Notes: generated by a model from the letters alone, not told the origin. Numbered from the whole stretch's first letter, positions 26,427-39,068 are shown. The stretch: 63,503 bases of DNA, filler included, from Choristocarpus tenellus KU-1152 (GCA_964200185.2; 13 parts of 13 records of this genome joined end to end with filler, not necessarily neighbours in it), one strand, 5' to 3'. Translations and numbers: made by a program.

Positions 26427-27886
26427 CCCCCCCTGATTCCACCCACGGCAATTTTTCCTTGATCACTAGCAACACCTCCTCCATGTGAGTGAAAGTATCT
26501 TAGAGGGTACAAGTCTTGTCCTGTTTATCTGTTTAGGGCTTGGCTTCCCACGTTTTTTTAATGACATTTTCCTACTCTGAAATGTTCGGAGTAGGTTTTG
26601 GAGTAGGTATCATGTATAAAACTATGAAAGGGTGTGTCCAGAACAAGGGTATTGATATTTCCTAACAAAAATGATAGCCAAAACTACATCAAAATCACAA
26701 CATTGGATTTTGACCCCCATACGGACGCGACTCTACCCTCTGAGATACTATGACTCTGTACCACTTAGCATCATCAACGGTGATGTAGACCTTGTACTCC
26801 TCAAACTTCGTGCGCCGCTCTGTAGTCCTTTGCGCCTCCTTCATAATGCAAACCCACCAGATCCCGACTTGTCATCGAAATCATGGAAACGATCCGGGCG
26901 TGAAACTGTAGTGATGAACATCACTTTGGGAATGTGCCTCTTCTGCTACACCTTTGTCAACCCCACCTTTTCCTCTTCAGAGAACGTGCGCACCTTCTCC
27001 TCGTCACAGATGAGGTAGAACTATGCCTCTTCAATATGAATCGGGTTGAGGCCAGTCCTGTACCTTTTGTGGTTGCAGGAGATCTGCTCGAGGATGAAGT
27101 CCACCTGGTCCTTGTGTGAGAAAACGAAAGGCTAGGGGTGATGCACAGCTGAACCCTAGTTGCTCCCATGGCATGGAGCAAGTGTTGAAGCTTTGAGTTG
27201 CCGACTGTGAGGTCCACTTCAGCAAGCTTGATAAAAAGCAGGTCAGAATCAGTGTGCAATTCCAGGTGTCGTTGATTCCCAGATCCTTGCTTGCTTCATT
27301 GGCGTAAGGTCCAACTGTCTAGCTGTTCTTGCACGCTTGCCCACAACAGTCTAGGGGATCTCTCTCCCACTCCAAACTCTTTGCCCAATTCAGGTGCCAC
27401 ACCCCTCAGGAGCCTCTCGTGACCCAGAGGAAGAGCCAATGTCGCAACGCAGAGAAAGTGCGGTCCAACCTTCCTTGGTCAGGTCGCAGCTCTTTCCACA
27501 AGCCAGTGTTTTTCGTGCTGGAGACGGCAATCTCTGGGGGCTCGGCATGGGGGTTGTACGCGTGCTGTGTGCAAGTAGACAGGGTCTATGTTCCCTTGCT
27601 GTTGATTCGGAGGGCTGTTGGAGAGGTATGAGCTCAAGTGCGTACCAGCAGGTTTGTGGTAGTGCTGGGTGGGTCCATGCTGCACTAGCCATAAAAAAGT
27701 GAGCTGAATATTCCACATTTTGGGCTCTGTTCTTTGGGAACCATTTCAGAACGGAATTATTTTCAGAATTCTTCGTTTTTTTGTTCTGGAGAATACTTCA
27801 AGGAATCCAATGCAAATTCCGTTTTGAATTGGAGATCATCTCGACAAGATACAACTTAACGTCGCAGGCGTATAGGACAGAGGGAG
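26427..27886 (-). mobile_element. Plant-type mariner (DD39D/Stowaway-associated) transposon, pseudogenised
   Basis: Minus-strand translation ...IHIEEA*FYLICDEEKVRTF...KRHIPKVMFITTVSRPDRFHDFDDK/GIWWV...AQRTTERR...KWY[MITE]MEEVLLVIKEKLPW resembles the (V)HIDEKWFY...KVMFL.AVARP...FDGKIGIWPF motifs. The terminus TA-CTCCCTCTGTCC (minus strand, 27888-27875) is the Stowaway-type TIR. Contains stops and a frameshift. Confidence 0.85.
26487..26756 (+). mobile_element. MITE family B copy, inserted in the mariner transposase
   Basis: TIRs GAGTGAAAGTATCTTAGAGGGTA ... TACCCTCTGAGATACTATGACTC; 3-bp TSD TGT. Removal restores the transposase reading frame. Confidence 0.88.
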
Positions 27887-27888
27887 TA

Positions 27889-28340
27889 CGTGTTTGGGAG
27901 GCAAGTACAACCACTACAATGGTGTGAATATCTCCATCACTGATGCTGAATTCACGGCAGAGCTAAGAAGAGCTTTGAAGGTTGCTAGGTGTTCCTTGCA
28001 AGGACTCCAAAGTCAGTTCAGTAAGGTTAAGCTTCATGATGCCCTGTCAATATTCGAGCCCCAGGGTTCCCATCATTGGAGGAAGATGTTAGTGCCTTTG
28101 GTGAAGAGAATCTTGGAGTATTTGCTGATCACTGTAGAGCATTCTCATGTGCCTCGATGGTAAAGGTGGGGGACATCCGCATGAATTTCCCTGGTGTGAA
28201 CCCCTTCAATTCCATACTTCATTATTTCACGGAAATTTGGTTACGACAATTCTATTCTACCAAGGAATCAGAACAGATTGTACACCTACCAAATTGCTGT
28301 TAGGGTTGACCTTCAGTCCTGAAACCTCAAACAACTTCCT
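27889..28340 (+). pseudogene. Degenerate coding relic, possibly a hAT-like transposase C-terminal region
   Basis: Frameshifted ORFs (...SLQGLQSQFSKVKLHDALSIFEPQGSHHW/EEDVSAFGEENLGVFADHC...) loosely resemble the hAT ALSIFDP..W...YG...L..L..HF region. Begins exactly at the mariner TA insertion site. Confidence 0.3.
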
Positions 28341-29917
28341 CGCACAAGCTATATACATATGGCAGGACCAGCGTAAACCGGGACTGATACTAACATGACT
28401 GGAGGGTAGTAGGTCTACGGGTGGTGCTAGAAATGAGACAGGTATCGCTTGATAGAATATACTTTTGTACTGTATTGTAAGGTTGACTATATCGGGCATG
28501 AGGATAATTCTTCATCAGTAGAGAAGGAGTACACATAGCCTCAACATATGAATATTTCTTTTCCAACAAAATTAAGTACAGTAACACAGAGGTTCATCTC
28601 ACACCAGGGTGTCCCCTCTTAAAGCAATTGTAAATAATAGTATCCTTGATATTTTGTAGGTAACAATATACTTTGATGTGTTGAGGTGCCTTGCTTAATA
28701 CTTCTCTGTGCATCATCAAAATCTCTTCCAACTAGCTTCCTTGCCCTTGTTTCGTAGTCAAGCCAACAGGAGTTATCTCTCCCTCTCTCTCAGCAGTCTA
28801 CTTGGACACATTCATGAATTAGGACCGCGTATCATTCCCATCGTAAGAGGCACACATTTGAGGGGTAATAGTGACTAGACACTCACAAACTATCTTCACA
28901 CCATAAAACAGATAGAGCTTGGACTAAAATGACCTCCACTCAACAACGAGTACCAAAAATGCCTTCATCCTGTAATGGTCTCCTCCCTAAGATATACCTC
29001 TATATCTATTTGGCTCAGCTCGTCCACTTGAAAAAATATTGATAGAGAACCCTTTGGCACACAGTTACATTACCTCTAATATTGACCACTCCTTAACACT
29101 AATTAACAGTGAAAGTCACTTCCCTTCACCAGGATAAAGCCAGGTATGGGTTGTAGGTGATAACTCTGCCTCGGAAAGGTTGCTTTGTCTTTTGGGCACA
29201 CATGAAATATCTCTGTATGTGTGTGTCCATTGGTTGCATGTGTGTTTTCCTGAAGGATAAAACAAGATGCAGTGTTGCATGATTTTGCACACTTCACAAA
29301 ACGAAATATTTGTTGTCGAAACATCCTAGACCTGGGCCTGTCATCCTCTTCTTACAAAATAATCTATCAGGCAGTCACACAGGTAGGTACGAATGCAACC
29401 ATACCTCCTCCCCTCGGTACCTAGGTGGTCCTCTCCTCTTAGACCCACATGTCAATCACAGACGCACAACAAGGAGTCATACACAGCAGCCACCAACACA
29501 AGCAACTGGGGCATCTACAGCATACACATCATGTAGTGGGAGCCCTTTAGAACACTCTACCAAGCAGAGAGATCTAGACACACCTCTATTTGAAAAACTC
29601 CATGCACATCACCGGTACCTCCCTTCAAAAGAGCTAGCAAAACAAACACCACGCTTATCGTTGCGTTGACAGATAATAAGCTCTCCAACTTGTGTTCGCA
29701 TCTTACAAGCAGGCCATACCCCTCTTTCAACCCACCTCAAAGACAGGCTAGTACACAGATGTACAAAATTTTATCAGCTCACGCAAGAGCACTCTAAGGC
29801 TCGCAGACACCCATGTGCAAGGTTGCTGAGCAGCAGTCGCGCCCCCCCAAATATCCGAAATGTGTATCTATTTCAACAAGATTGGTTTGTGAACTTGATG
29901 CCACCTCTGGTTGCTCC

Positions 29918-32123
29918 TCACTTGAAGCCTATCATGTTCTTCATTTTGTCAAGGGGTCCCATTGTCATATCACTGGTGATGTCCTTGATCTGTTGCTTTC
30001 CCATCTTCTCCTCCTGACACAAAGAAGTGTGTATGCGCGTGCGTGTGTTAGACTATCATATAATGGATGGAGCTCATGGCCATGTTCATGATCAGGGCAT
30101 TAAAAATTGAAAACATCATGAGGAAGCATTTGGTATCTCTACTGCAAGCAATCATCAAATTCAAAATCAGACATCTTCAATTTCAAATTCAAATATCAAC
30201 ACAGAGCAAGCACAAAACAACAACAGTCATCAACCTTGAGTCTTATTTCCTTCACACTTCTAGTACAATACCCTTCCTCACCAGTCCCTTGTATTCAATC
30301 TTGTAGCCAAATGTGAGGTTCTCATTCTTTAGCTGTGGGTACGCTTGTACCACCTGTCCCATGTCAAGAAACACCATCCAACGAATGGGCATCACAGACA
30401 AAAATATGTACCAGGAGTGAGATAAAACACTTCCATACATACATCAACCCTAACATTTCCTGACTGGTACATACAGCATTACAAGACTCCACTCGAATCA
30501 AGGAACACATGCAAAAAATCCTCTTCAACGATATGTTACTCAAGACAGACACGCAGAGATACCTAAAATTGTACAAAAAATCATACCCTCAGAACCACAA
30601 CATAGCACACCTGACAGTTCCATACAGTTTGAGAGAAGGTTATCAGAATATATGCATGTATGTACTTTCTGATCATTCATCTCTATCCCTTGCACTCAAT
30701 TCCAATATAGACATGATAGCCACAGGACGAGAGAAGAGGGCGTGAAAGCCACGTTTCCACTTCCACACAAAAGCTTGCTGCAGGAAAGTAACAAAGTTCA
30801 GACTCTTTGATGATACCTCTCACAGATGAATTCATTCAACACAGGCAAGAAATAACATCAAAACACATAGCTGTACAACAGATTGCTGGACATTGATGCT
30901 CACAGGGCTAGGTCAGAACTGCAGTACTAATCCTCCCTAGATGACCATAAAACATAAAAACAATCAAATATAGTATTGGCTAATAATCCTTGAATGCTTA
31001 AAATAATGGGAATTGGATCCCATTGAGAGGGACTGTCAATACATAGATCATTTTGTGGTCACCAAACTACAGATTCATAATAGCTCATCAAAATTAGAGA
31101 ACACACACACATGACAAATTTATCCCAAACAATTTATTGAAGTCATTTTTTCCTAGACAAACTGTCATGCTCAGATGGTTCCCTTGAAACCAGCCCTTGC
31201 AGAGTCTATGTGGGGTTTGGGGCAATCATCATCACGTGTGTGCTTTCTGGAACACAGCCACAATCGCCCCAAAAAAGAGGGAGTCATCCTAGTCTTGACA
31301 TAATTACAACTTGACATGTAACAGTTCTGGTCACAGATGAGATAAAGGAGGTACTTGTTGAAGCGCACCCGTTCAAACTTTCTCCATTCCAAGATTTTAC
31401 TCAGCCATCAAACCGACCACATTCAGACAAAAGTAACAACATAACATTTTTACATGCCCAAATACCAGTAAAAACGCATAGCCGCTAGCAAGTGCTTGAC
31501 TGAGCAATTGTACATTTGCCTCATAACCAAAAACCTGCTGGAATGCATTAGCCCTGGTTCTCTCCAAATATTAACCCCCCGGGCATGTCATGCACTAGTA
31601 TTTCCAGCATCTCTTCTCTCTCTTCCTAGGCCTTGCTCCCCCCTTGGTACAAACAATACCCTGCATGCATCTCAACAGAAACCTACCTGTCTACGGGGCT
31701 TACATTCATATGCCCATCAACAACTAGCATAGACTGACACATTGAGGCAAGCCTTTCTTTAAGAATTACACCTTAACAGGGCATACATTTTCAGCACATT
31801 CGCCACAGTAGTAGTTCCTTCCACAAATAAGAATCCCCTTCTAAGGAGCAGAGCAGATAGCACATTAAGAGACAAAAAATACCTTTTACTTATGTTTCAG
31901 AAAAAGAACGTGCCCTCTGCTCCCGTGAAAATCTCAAGCACAAAAAATGTAACCCAAAACATAAAAACAAACCTGTCTGACGAGATCGGCCTTCCCATTA
32001 AGAACCGAGGTAGCCACCCCTCTCTCCAAAGAGTACTTTGAAACCCCGCTCAAAAACCCACCCATGAGGGCATCCACCGTAGCCTTGGATTTCTCATCTC
32101 CCATCATTTGCCCACAAGGATAC
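29918..32123 (-). CDS. HHL1: HHL1-like (hypersensitive to high light 1 family) plastid protein, last three exons
   Basis: Exons 32123-31973, 30353-30282 and 30013-29918 splice in phase to (W)YPCGQMMGDEKSKATVDALMGGFLSGVSKYSLERGVATSVLNGKADLVRQVVQAYPQLKNENLTFGYKIEYKGLEEKMGKQQIKDITSDMTMGPLDKMKNMIGFK*. Carries the WYP.G...GD, YPQL, FGYK and DK.K..F motifs of the family. Confidence 0.85.
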
Positions 32124-32855
32124 CTGTTTACCCCNNNNNNNNNNNNNNNNNNNNNNNNNNNNNNNNNNNNNNNNNNNNTTAATTAATTAANNNNNNNNNN
32201 NNNNNNNNNNNNNNNNNNNNNNNNNNNNNNNNNNGTCGACTGTAATACCCTGCTATGTGTTGTGTCTCTCTGCCTATGTACGTGTGTTTATATGTGTTTG
32301 GGTGAGTGGGTGGGTGGGTGGGTGGGCTTTCTCCACGCACGCATCGGTGTGCTGCACATGAGATATTTTGCATGTTACATTAAGTGGGACAAAGCAGTGC
32401 TGCCCTGTAGTGTTGGGGGAGAACGGTGGAATGTGTGGAAAAATGTTGCAGGAGAGCGTAGAGCTGTCGTCCTCCCTTGCGCATTAGTTTTTTATGGAAA
32501 AGGACTGTTTGTAATGGGGTTATTTGTACTTGGTTCAGAGACAACATACGTACGTATATACTAGAGTAGCATTTTAACATTCCACAATACCTCCTCCTTT
32601 GAATGACCAACTGTAGATTACCAGAGATGCACACTTCGACGGGCATTCAGGTCATACTTTCAGTGTTACGCATACTCATCTATTCCTCTCTTTGTGATAG
32701 AACAGGGATACATATGCAGAAATAGTTCGTCATCATAAACTCGGTTGGAAAGTTGAAATACTTGGTTGGGATAAATGATACAATCCATTATGTTCGAGAT
32801 AGTATAAGGTTTTTCACCTCGTATGTATCCATGTACCTTTAAAGTGTATATGTGA

Positions 32856-33201
32856 AGGGGCCTGATTCTGTGTGATGGGGGGTGATGAGAACCACCAGAG
32901 ATGAGGTTCAGAAAGAAAGTGAGAGATGAGACTGAGGGATGCTAGGCGTATTTTGACAGCCTCAGAGTGCCATGTGGATGAATCTTCACTGTGATTGGTT
33001 GTGACCACTCAGAACAGAAAACATAATATCGGGCTTTGCTGGTTTGAATCCACCGTTCATGTCGGGGTTACCATAAGCCGGTCGTGCGTCTGACCCATAC
33101 CAAATCACTTAGCATGACCTCAATGGCAAAATGTGACGCACAAATGTATATGACCGCGCGTATTATCCTCATCACTGTCAAGAGATCCCAAAAAGGCGAC
33201 C
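32856..33201 (+). repeat. Dispersed ~350-bp repeat (family D), copy 1
   Basis: Aligns along its length to the reverse complement of 46404-46755 (e.g. GTGATGGGGGGTGATGAGAACCACCAGA, GGCTTTGCTGGTTTGAATCCACCGTTCATGTC, CGTATTATCCTCATCA). Confidence 0.85.
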
Positions 33202-35324
33202 TTTGTTTGACTTACATAAGTGCAATGTTATGTGGTAGTTTTGGGAAAGGAAAGGATGTGTGAATGATGGAATATATTGAAATTTTTTTAGAAGCAAAAG
33301 GGCATAATAATAATTAAATATCAAGTGAAGAACATGTGGAAAGCATGTTTGTCTGTTGTTATACCGTTATTGCCGTATTTCATATACCGTTGTACCGATT
33401 GAGGTTCCTTGTCGAGCATCCATAGTTCACTGGCGGTTCTTCCATGAGAATGAAACCATGGAGTCTCTTCAAGAGACCAGTCCCACAGATTTAGGACTGC
33501 TCGTCATTCAGAGTTGTCACACACGAAAGATTGACTTTGTTCTTACGTCTTGACTTGTGGTGATGAATCCCCCTCTCTGAAGATGCTCATCACTCCTCAA
33601 TTTCCCCTCCAAGTCCTTGCAGTCTTGCACTTGTCCAACCTTAACCTCGTACTCTCGGTTACGGTTCGTTTTGGTTCGTTTGGTCCGTCTTTGCCCAGTG
33701 ATTCTCTTCGCCACCCTTACTTGAGTGAACCACGCCACCTCAGAATCACAAGAAAAAATAGAATATGTAATTTTTTTTTAGTCCTTTGGATATACCAACA
33801 TAAACATTGCGTGTTCAAAACAAGAAAGTAACTAGACCTCCTTAGTTAAACTGGTGCATTAATTATAGACTGTTGCACCCTCTAACATATTCCAGATGTG
33901 TCAAGGGAAAAGCCAGTTCAATATCATAAGAACCCCTGTAAAAGTAACAGTTGTCGTAAATGAGAAAGGTATTTCTCTAAAATCTATTTACTATTTGTCT
34001 ACGAGCTATACTACACCACTCCCTGCTATGCCTTCAACCTAGCTTAACTCTAACATCACAGAGCGAGGAGCTAGGGAAGCATCCTAAGAATCTGACAGGC
34101 CCCTCCTTGCCCATTTCCCTGGTGTCTCCAGCTTAAAACGCATGGCACGTCTTGATAGAGTCATTTGTATTAATCGATGATCGATGTAATAATATCTGTA
34201 GTCTGAAGTCAACAATGTACGGCTGGTGAATGAAAATGGGCATATATATTGATGAGGTTGTGGGTCGAAATATGGATAATGACGAAGGAGACATGGGTAC
34301 CGTATCTACTATATTTACTCCAGAGTATGTAGTATATATGCTTCGCAGCTGAAATTATGGTTGGGTGCACGACAGGAGGAGGAGGTAGGAAGATTTTGTT
34401 CGGAAGTATTCCGCGAGATACTGGCCAGACACATGGTGGTTGGCCCCTTGCTGCCACTCCATGTAGTACGTGGCAAGATACAGCAAGCGGTTCACTTCAA
34501 AAAAATGCCTGAACGAAGTCTTTCGGTACCTCAGAACCGACTGTTGCTAAATAAATTGCCACATTTAATCGACGGAGCGTCCACTTGCTCAGTACTACAA
34601 AAGAATTGTATGACAGGCACAAATATATATATATATAGTATATATTCTGTCTTGCACAATGGGTCCATGTATTTTATTACTCATTTACTGTAAGATAGTA
34701 ACTGCCTCTTTCACTATATATATTTATGTCCCCCTCCATAGTACATTGTATGCAAAACAAGAACGAACCCTGTGTAAATCCTTGCACAATCTGGTCAAAA
34801 TATATCTCCTTCTATTTCCCCTCTTCAACTTCGAACAGGTCTACTACTGTTTTGTTTCTGTCCAATAATAGCACAGGTTCATGCCCAAAGCTGACACCTA
34901 TCCACATACTACCAAGGCATTTGACTTTTAAAATACAGGTAGGTACTGCTACGGATATGGCCGTGTAGTATATTGTTGCTACTGACCCATTATATTGAAT
35001 AGTTACATATTTTGTACAACTCAAAATAATGTAACAATAGGTGCTTGATGTACCCATATGCAGATTGTACTTTAAAGTACACACAAATAAAATGCAGGTA
35101 CGCTGTTGTTGGTATGGTGTTGGCAGTCGCCTCTAGGATGATACCAGTCAATATTTTATATTGGTGAAGTAACTGATTAGTGGTTTCCACACTTACAATG
35201 TTTTATAGTGTTCTTACGTTTAGGATATTTTATTTCTTTAGGTCTAATAACGACATATGTATATAGTTTTCATTGTTTCCCCCCGACACATCTGCAAAAT
35301 GTCAGAGGCCATAATAATAAAATA

Positions 35325-35633
35325 CCAGTCTTGATTTTTTTGAAAGGGTTGCCCAACGAGTTAAGCGACAATGAGCATATTGAATGAAAGCTCTGGATAT
35401 AAGATATCATTCGCGCAAAGGAATTGTTTCGGAAACTTATTTTGGTAAGGCTCAATCTTAACCGAATATTTTCGGTACAACCTTGGAAATGTTCAGGAAT
35501 GAATTATCACGACCAAAACTATTTTCCAAAAATATTCCTTTGCACGGGTCGATAGAATAGATTCATAGCTTTTATTTAATATGCTGATTGTTGATTAACG
35601 CGTTGGGAAACCCTTTCAAAAAATCAAGATTGG
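35325..35633. mobile_element. Fold-back MITE (~310 bp imperfect palindrome) flanked by TA
   Basis: TA|CCAGTCTTGATTTTTTTGAAAGGGTTGCCCAACG... pairs with ...CGTTGGGAAACCCTTTCAAAAAATCAAGATTGG|TA, and complementarity continues almost to the centre. Confidence 0.85.
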
Positions 35634-35689
35634 TAACCGCCAAAACGGTACTTGGGCTAACCTCGGCTTAATACTGTTTAAGCCACTCA

Positions 35690-36022
35690 CAGGACACGAT
35701 TCTGGTTGAGCGTCTTCGAGGACACTGCTTGATGCTTCCAAAGTACCACTGTGAATTGAACCTGATGATGGAGATTCTCCGGGGGCAGGCGAAGCACTAT
35801 GTACGAGGCCACTGTAACTACACGTTGCCTTGAATGAGAGCCAACATTCCTGTCAGTCTTAAGGAGGAAGGGGGGCTATCCAGAGTATTCGTGGAGAGGT
35901 TCTTCGGGTTGAGTATTGCTTACCACCTGATATATTCCAACGAGAAAGACATAGAGTGTACCAAATTGGACAGGGTGTACAAGACATTTAAGTCTCACAG
36001 GAGGCCTGCAACTTCAGAATAC
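35690..36022 (+). mobile_element. IS630/Tc1/mariner transposase C-terminal relic (Sagan-like)
   Basis: GHCLMLPKYHCELNLMMEILRGQAKHYVRGHCNYTLP*MRANIPVSL...VERFFG...VYKTFKSHRRP matches the LPK(F/Y)HCELNPIE...K.YKSHRR signature; one stop. Confidence 0.82.
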
Positions 36023-36185
36023 NNNNNNNNNNNNNNNNNNNNNNNNNNNNNNNNNNNNNNNNNNNNTTAATTAATTAANNNNNNNNNNNNNNNNNNNNNN
36101 NNNNNNNNNNNNNNNNNNNNNNGTCAATTTGGGGTCAAGTCCATCCTCAATGAAAAGCTCCATCCTCAATTTTTGAAATCGACTG

Positions 36186-36320
36186 TTATTTGGGGCATTA
36201 TCAGGAAAAGCGCATTTACAGTAACCATCCGACGTATGCAACTAAATCACCCAAAAATCGCGACATGAAAAAGTTAACCCCAAATGGACAGTCACCACCC
36301 CCTCCCAGATACTTTGAGTC
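36186..36320 (+). mobile_element. MITE family A partial copy abutting the family C terminus
   Basis: CAGGAAAAGCGCATTTACAGTAACCATCCGAC...CCCCTCCCAGATACTTTGAGTC; its left part is replaced by family C sequence 36123-36185. Confidence 0.78.
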
Positions 36321-38115
36321 AAAAACACGGCCTAAATAATCAACTTAGTTTAGGACACCAAGCAAACCCGACAAAATGTTTGAAGTGCTTTAAGTATTAT
36401 AAGATTACGTTTGTATGGATAATAGGTAATTTATATATGGGGGAGGAGGGAGGGAGGGGAGGGGGGTGACCGATGGATCACTTTCTGTTTAAGGAAGAAT
36501 TGATGACACCACATTATTTTTATTCTTTGGTTTCTAGGTGTTGAACCTATAAAGAAACAAAAAAAAAGTATAAAAAGTATGGAGAAACCAAAAACAAAAC
36601 AAATGAAGTCAAATTATTTATTGCATAATATGATACTACGTAGCATTGTTATTAGAGGTTCATTCACAGTCTTGATCATGCCCTCCTTTGGTAGAATAAG
36701 GCTTACACAGCTCCCCTGGCAGGTTCTTGGATAAATTGGACGGATTATTATGTCCAAAATATTGGAGGTGGTAGGGTAAGGTTCAAACGGTTATTTAAAG
36801 GTTGAACTAGAAAAAATGGTCGTGTGAAAAGAGATGGGATATATACTCTTTGATCGATTCGTCAAAAAACGTTTAGCGTTTGCTGTGGACACAGAGGAAG
36901 TTGCGGTTCAAATGATATCAGCGTTTTGCTTGAAATGAATGCTACCGCTAAGTGTTGTCCCTAAACAAAGAGCGATAGAGACCAAACGACCCCAAATATC
37001 ATCCAAGACGATGGACGTTGCAGAGGTAGGTACAACTTATGTTATCTATATAATACCCAGGTTCGCTTCCTCTCTACGACATCGGTTTTCTATCACTATG
37101 TAGGCCTGTGCCTACACTTGTAGCCACGTCCATGGTTGGTGTCATTTGTTCTGTCTCCCCATTTGCCCAGAAATCGCTTGAGCACATTTGCCGTATATAT
37201 GTTACACATACGTAACAGTGACTTCTTGTTCGTTGAACTGAGCATCCGCCTATAATCATTTCAGTCAGATATATTTACCTATTTGTATATTTTGGAACAT
37301 TATAAGTTTGATTTTCTCATTACCTACCAAATGCCATCAAAGACTGAATAGGAGATAAAGGAATGATGGAAAAGAAGTGGCGCAGAAAAAAATATATACA
37401 ACATAGAAAAAAATATATACGTCCACAACTCTCAACTCTCAATTATAGTGTTTCTTGAGATGGAGAATGACCCCCGAACTTTATAATCTGGTGCAACAGA
37501 CCTTGCTGATAAAAATCAGACCTTACAGAGTTATTCTGGATATCAGAGTTGTCACCAACCAAACATGGTTGAACATTCTAGGTTCAGACCAGCATTGAGT
37601 AATGCGTTTTCCCAAGGTGTATGCGGTTCATCAACCGTAACTTTCTTGTCCTCTTGAACCAACGTAAATGCGAGTTTCCCAGGATTTGGTTGTTTTCCAT
37701 TTCAAGCCAATTTTTTCTACCTTTTGCGATTCGCCATTCTAACCCTAACCCTAACCCGTATTTCTATTGATTAACTGCTTAAGTTTCAATTTGAGAGCGT
37801 TCATCTTTCCATTGTTGAAATTGTTCAACAGGATTCAGAAACTCCCCTACACCCATTTGAAGCCGAAATTGGGTGGTATTAATGATATATAAAGTGCAAC
37901 CTGACTACCTCTCGCTTACTTCAACTGTTGTGTAATAGATACACAACAGTACAGGAGTACTATTGGAAAGCCTTTTTTTTTTTTGGTTGCATCCTTTACC
38001 TTTGTCATCTCGATCATCTGTTTACACCATGACCAGAAAGTGAATAGAATAAGACAGGTCGGTATTGGTGTGTTACAAATCTTTCATGGCAGTGTCCACC
38101 CCTCTAGGCGAACAT

Positions 38116-38680
38116 TCACTCCTCTCCTTTCCAACAGTCAATACCATCCCTTCTTCTCTTAGAGCACGGTGACAGCCACCTCTTTCCAGACCTGTGGCAA
38201 GACTTCCTGGTTCCACAGAGCCAACACAATCTTACGAAAACCCTCGAGGATAGCCACGCGCTCCCCTGGAGGACAGTCCTTAGGAACTTACCTGGAAGAT
38301 CGCCGGGACCAACAGTCTTCCCATTTCCCATTGCTCGGAGTGAGTTAGTCACTTCTGTCATAGTGACCAAAAGTATCTGGGGGGGGGGGGGGGTCTACAC
38401 CAGGATGTCGATTTGGGCCGTAACAGGAAAAGTGCACTTACATTATCCATCCGATGTATGCAATCAAATCACTCAAAATTTGCAACATGAAAAAATTGAC
38501 CCCAAATGGACAGCTGCCACCCCCTCCCACATACTTTGAGCCAGTCGGAGGAATTTTACATAGGGTTCTTTATGGGTGTGGGTCGGTGATCGAGGGCTTG
38601 GGCACTATGAGGATTGAGATCAATCGACTTGGTAGTAAGGAGCACTGTTATGGATGATCTCCTCCTCCGTTCCTTGACAG
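38116..38680 (-). mobile_element. LINE (RTE-like) ORF2 relic interrupted by a MITE
   Basis: ...ALDHRPT...PPT[MITE]MTEVTNSLRAMGNGKTVGPGDLPGKFLR.../RKIVLALWNQEVLPQVWKEVAVTVL*EKKG matches the pre-RT EV..AL..M.NGKA.GPD.LP...W..P..WK.A...L.KKG region. Contains frameshifts and stops. Confidence 0.8.
38365..38542 (+). mobile_element. MITE family A copy
   Basis: Complete copy with 3-bp TSD AGT; excision restores the LINE frame (CCG ACT ATG). Confidence 0.88.
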
Positions 38681-38740
38681 GATGCTCACTCCCTGAGTAA
38701 CCATCCTGGAACATCTAGAGCAGGGTGCATGCATACATGC

Positions 38741-38741
<1 letters not shown>

Positions 38742-38821
<80 letters not shown>
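38742..38821. repeat. (TG)n microsatellite, ~40 units
   Basis: Uninterrupted TG run. Confidence 0.97.
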
Positions 38822-38824
<3 letters not shown>

Positions 38825-39068
38825 CGTGACATTGCCTTAGCGGAATGCACAGAAGAAAGCCTACGGCGCAAGCCAGAAATGTGGAGGTGGTGGGGTAAAA
38901 GGTGCTTCTTCAAGGAATGCACCCTCACACCATCATAATCATAATATTCGTAGCGATCTCCCCTCTATATATCTACCCCGGCGTTTAGCTCGCCCCAAAC
39001 AGTTCTTCCAGCTTTGTCAAGTAACTGTCGCGGATTTGCCGTCCCTCCCCCCCCCTCTGGTCCCGTTG

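Noticed and set aside
32969-33064. tRNA (Sec/Ser-like) gene
   Set aside because: Only a B-box-like motif and a partial acceptor stem; no convincing D or anticodon arm, and it is embedded in a longer dispersed repeat.
33517-33738. 73-aa minus-strand ORF as a 5' exon of the HHL1-like gene
   Set aside because: Ends in a stop, lacks family motifs and lies across a linker.
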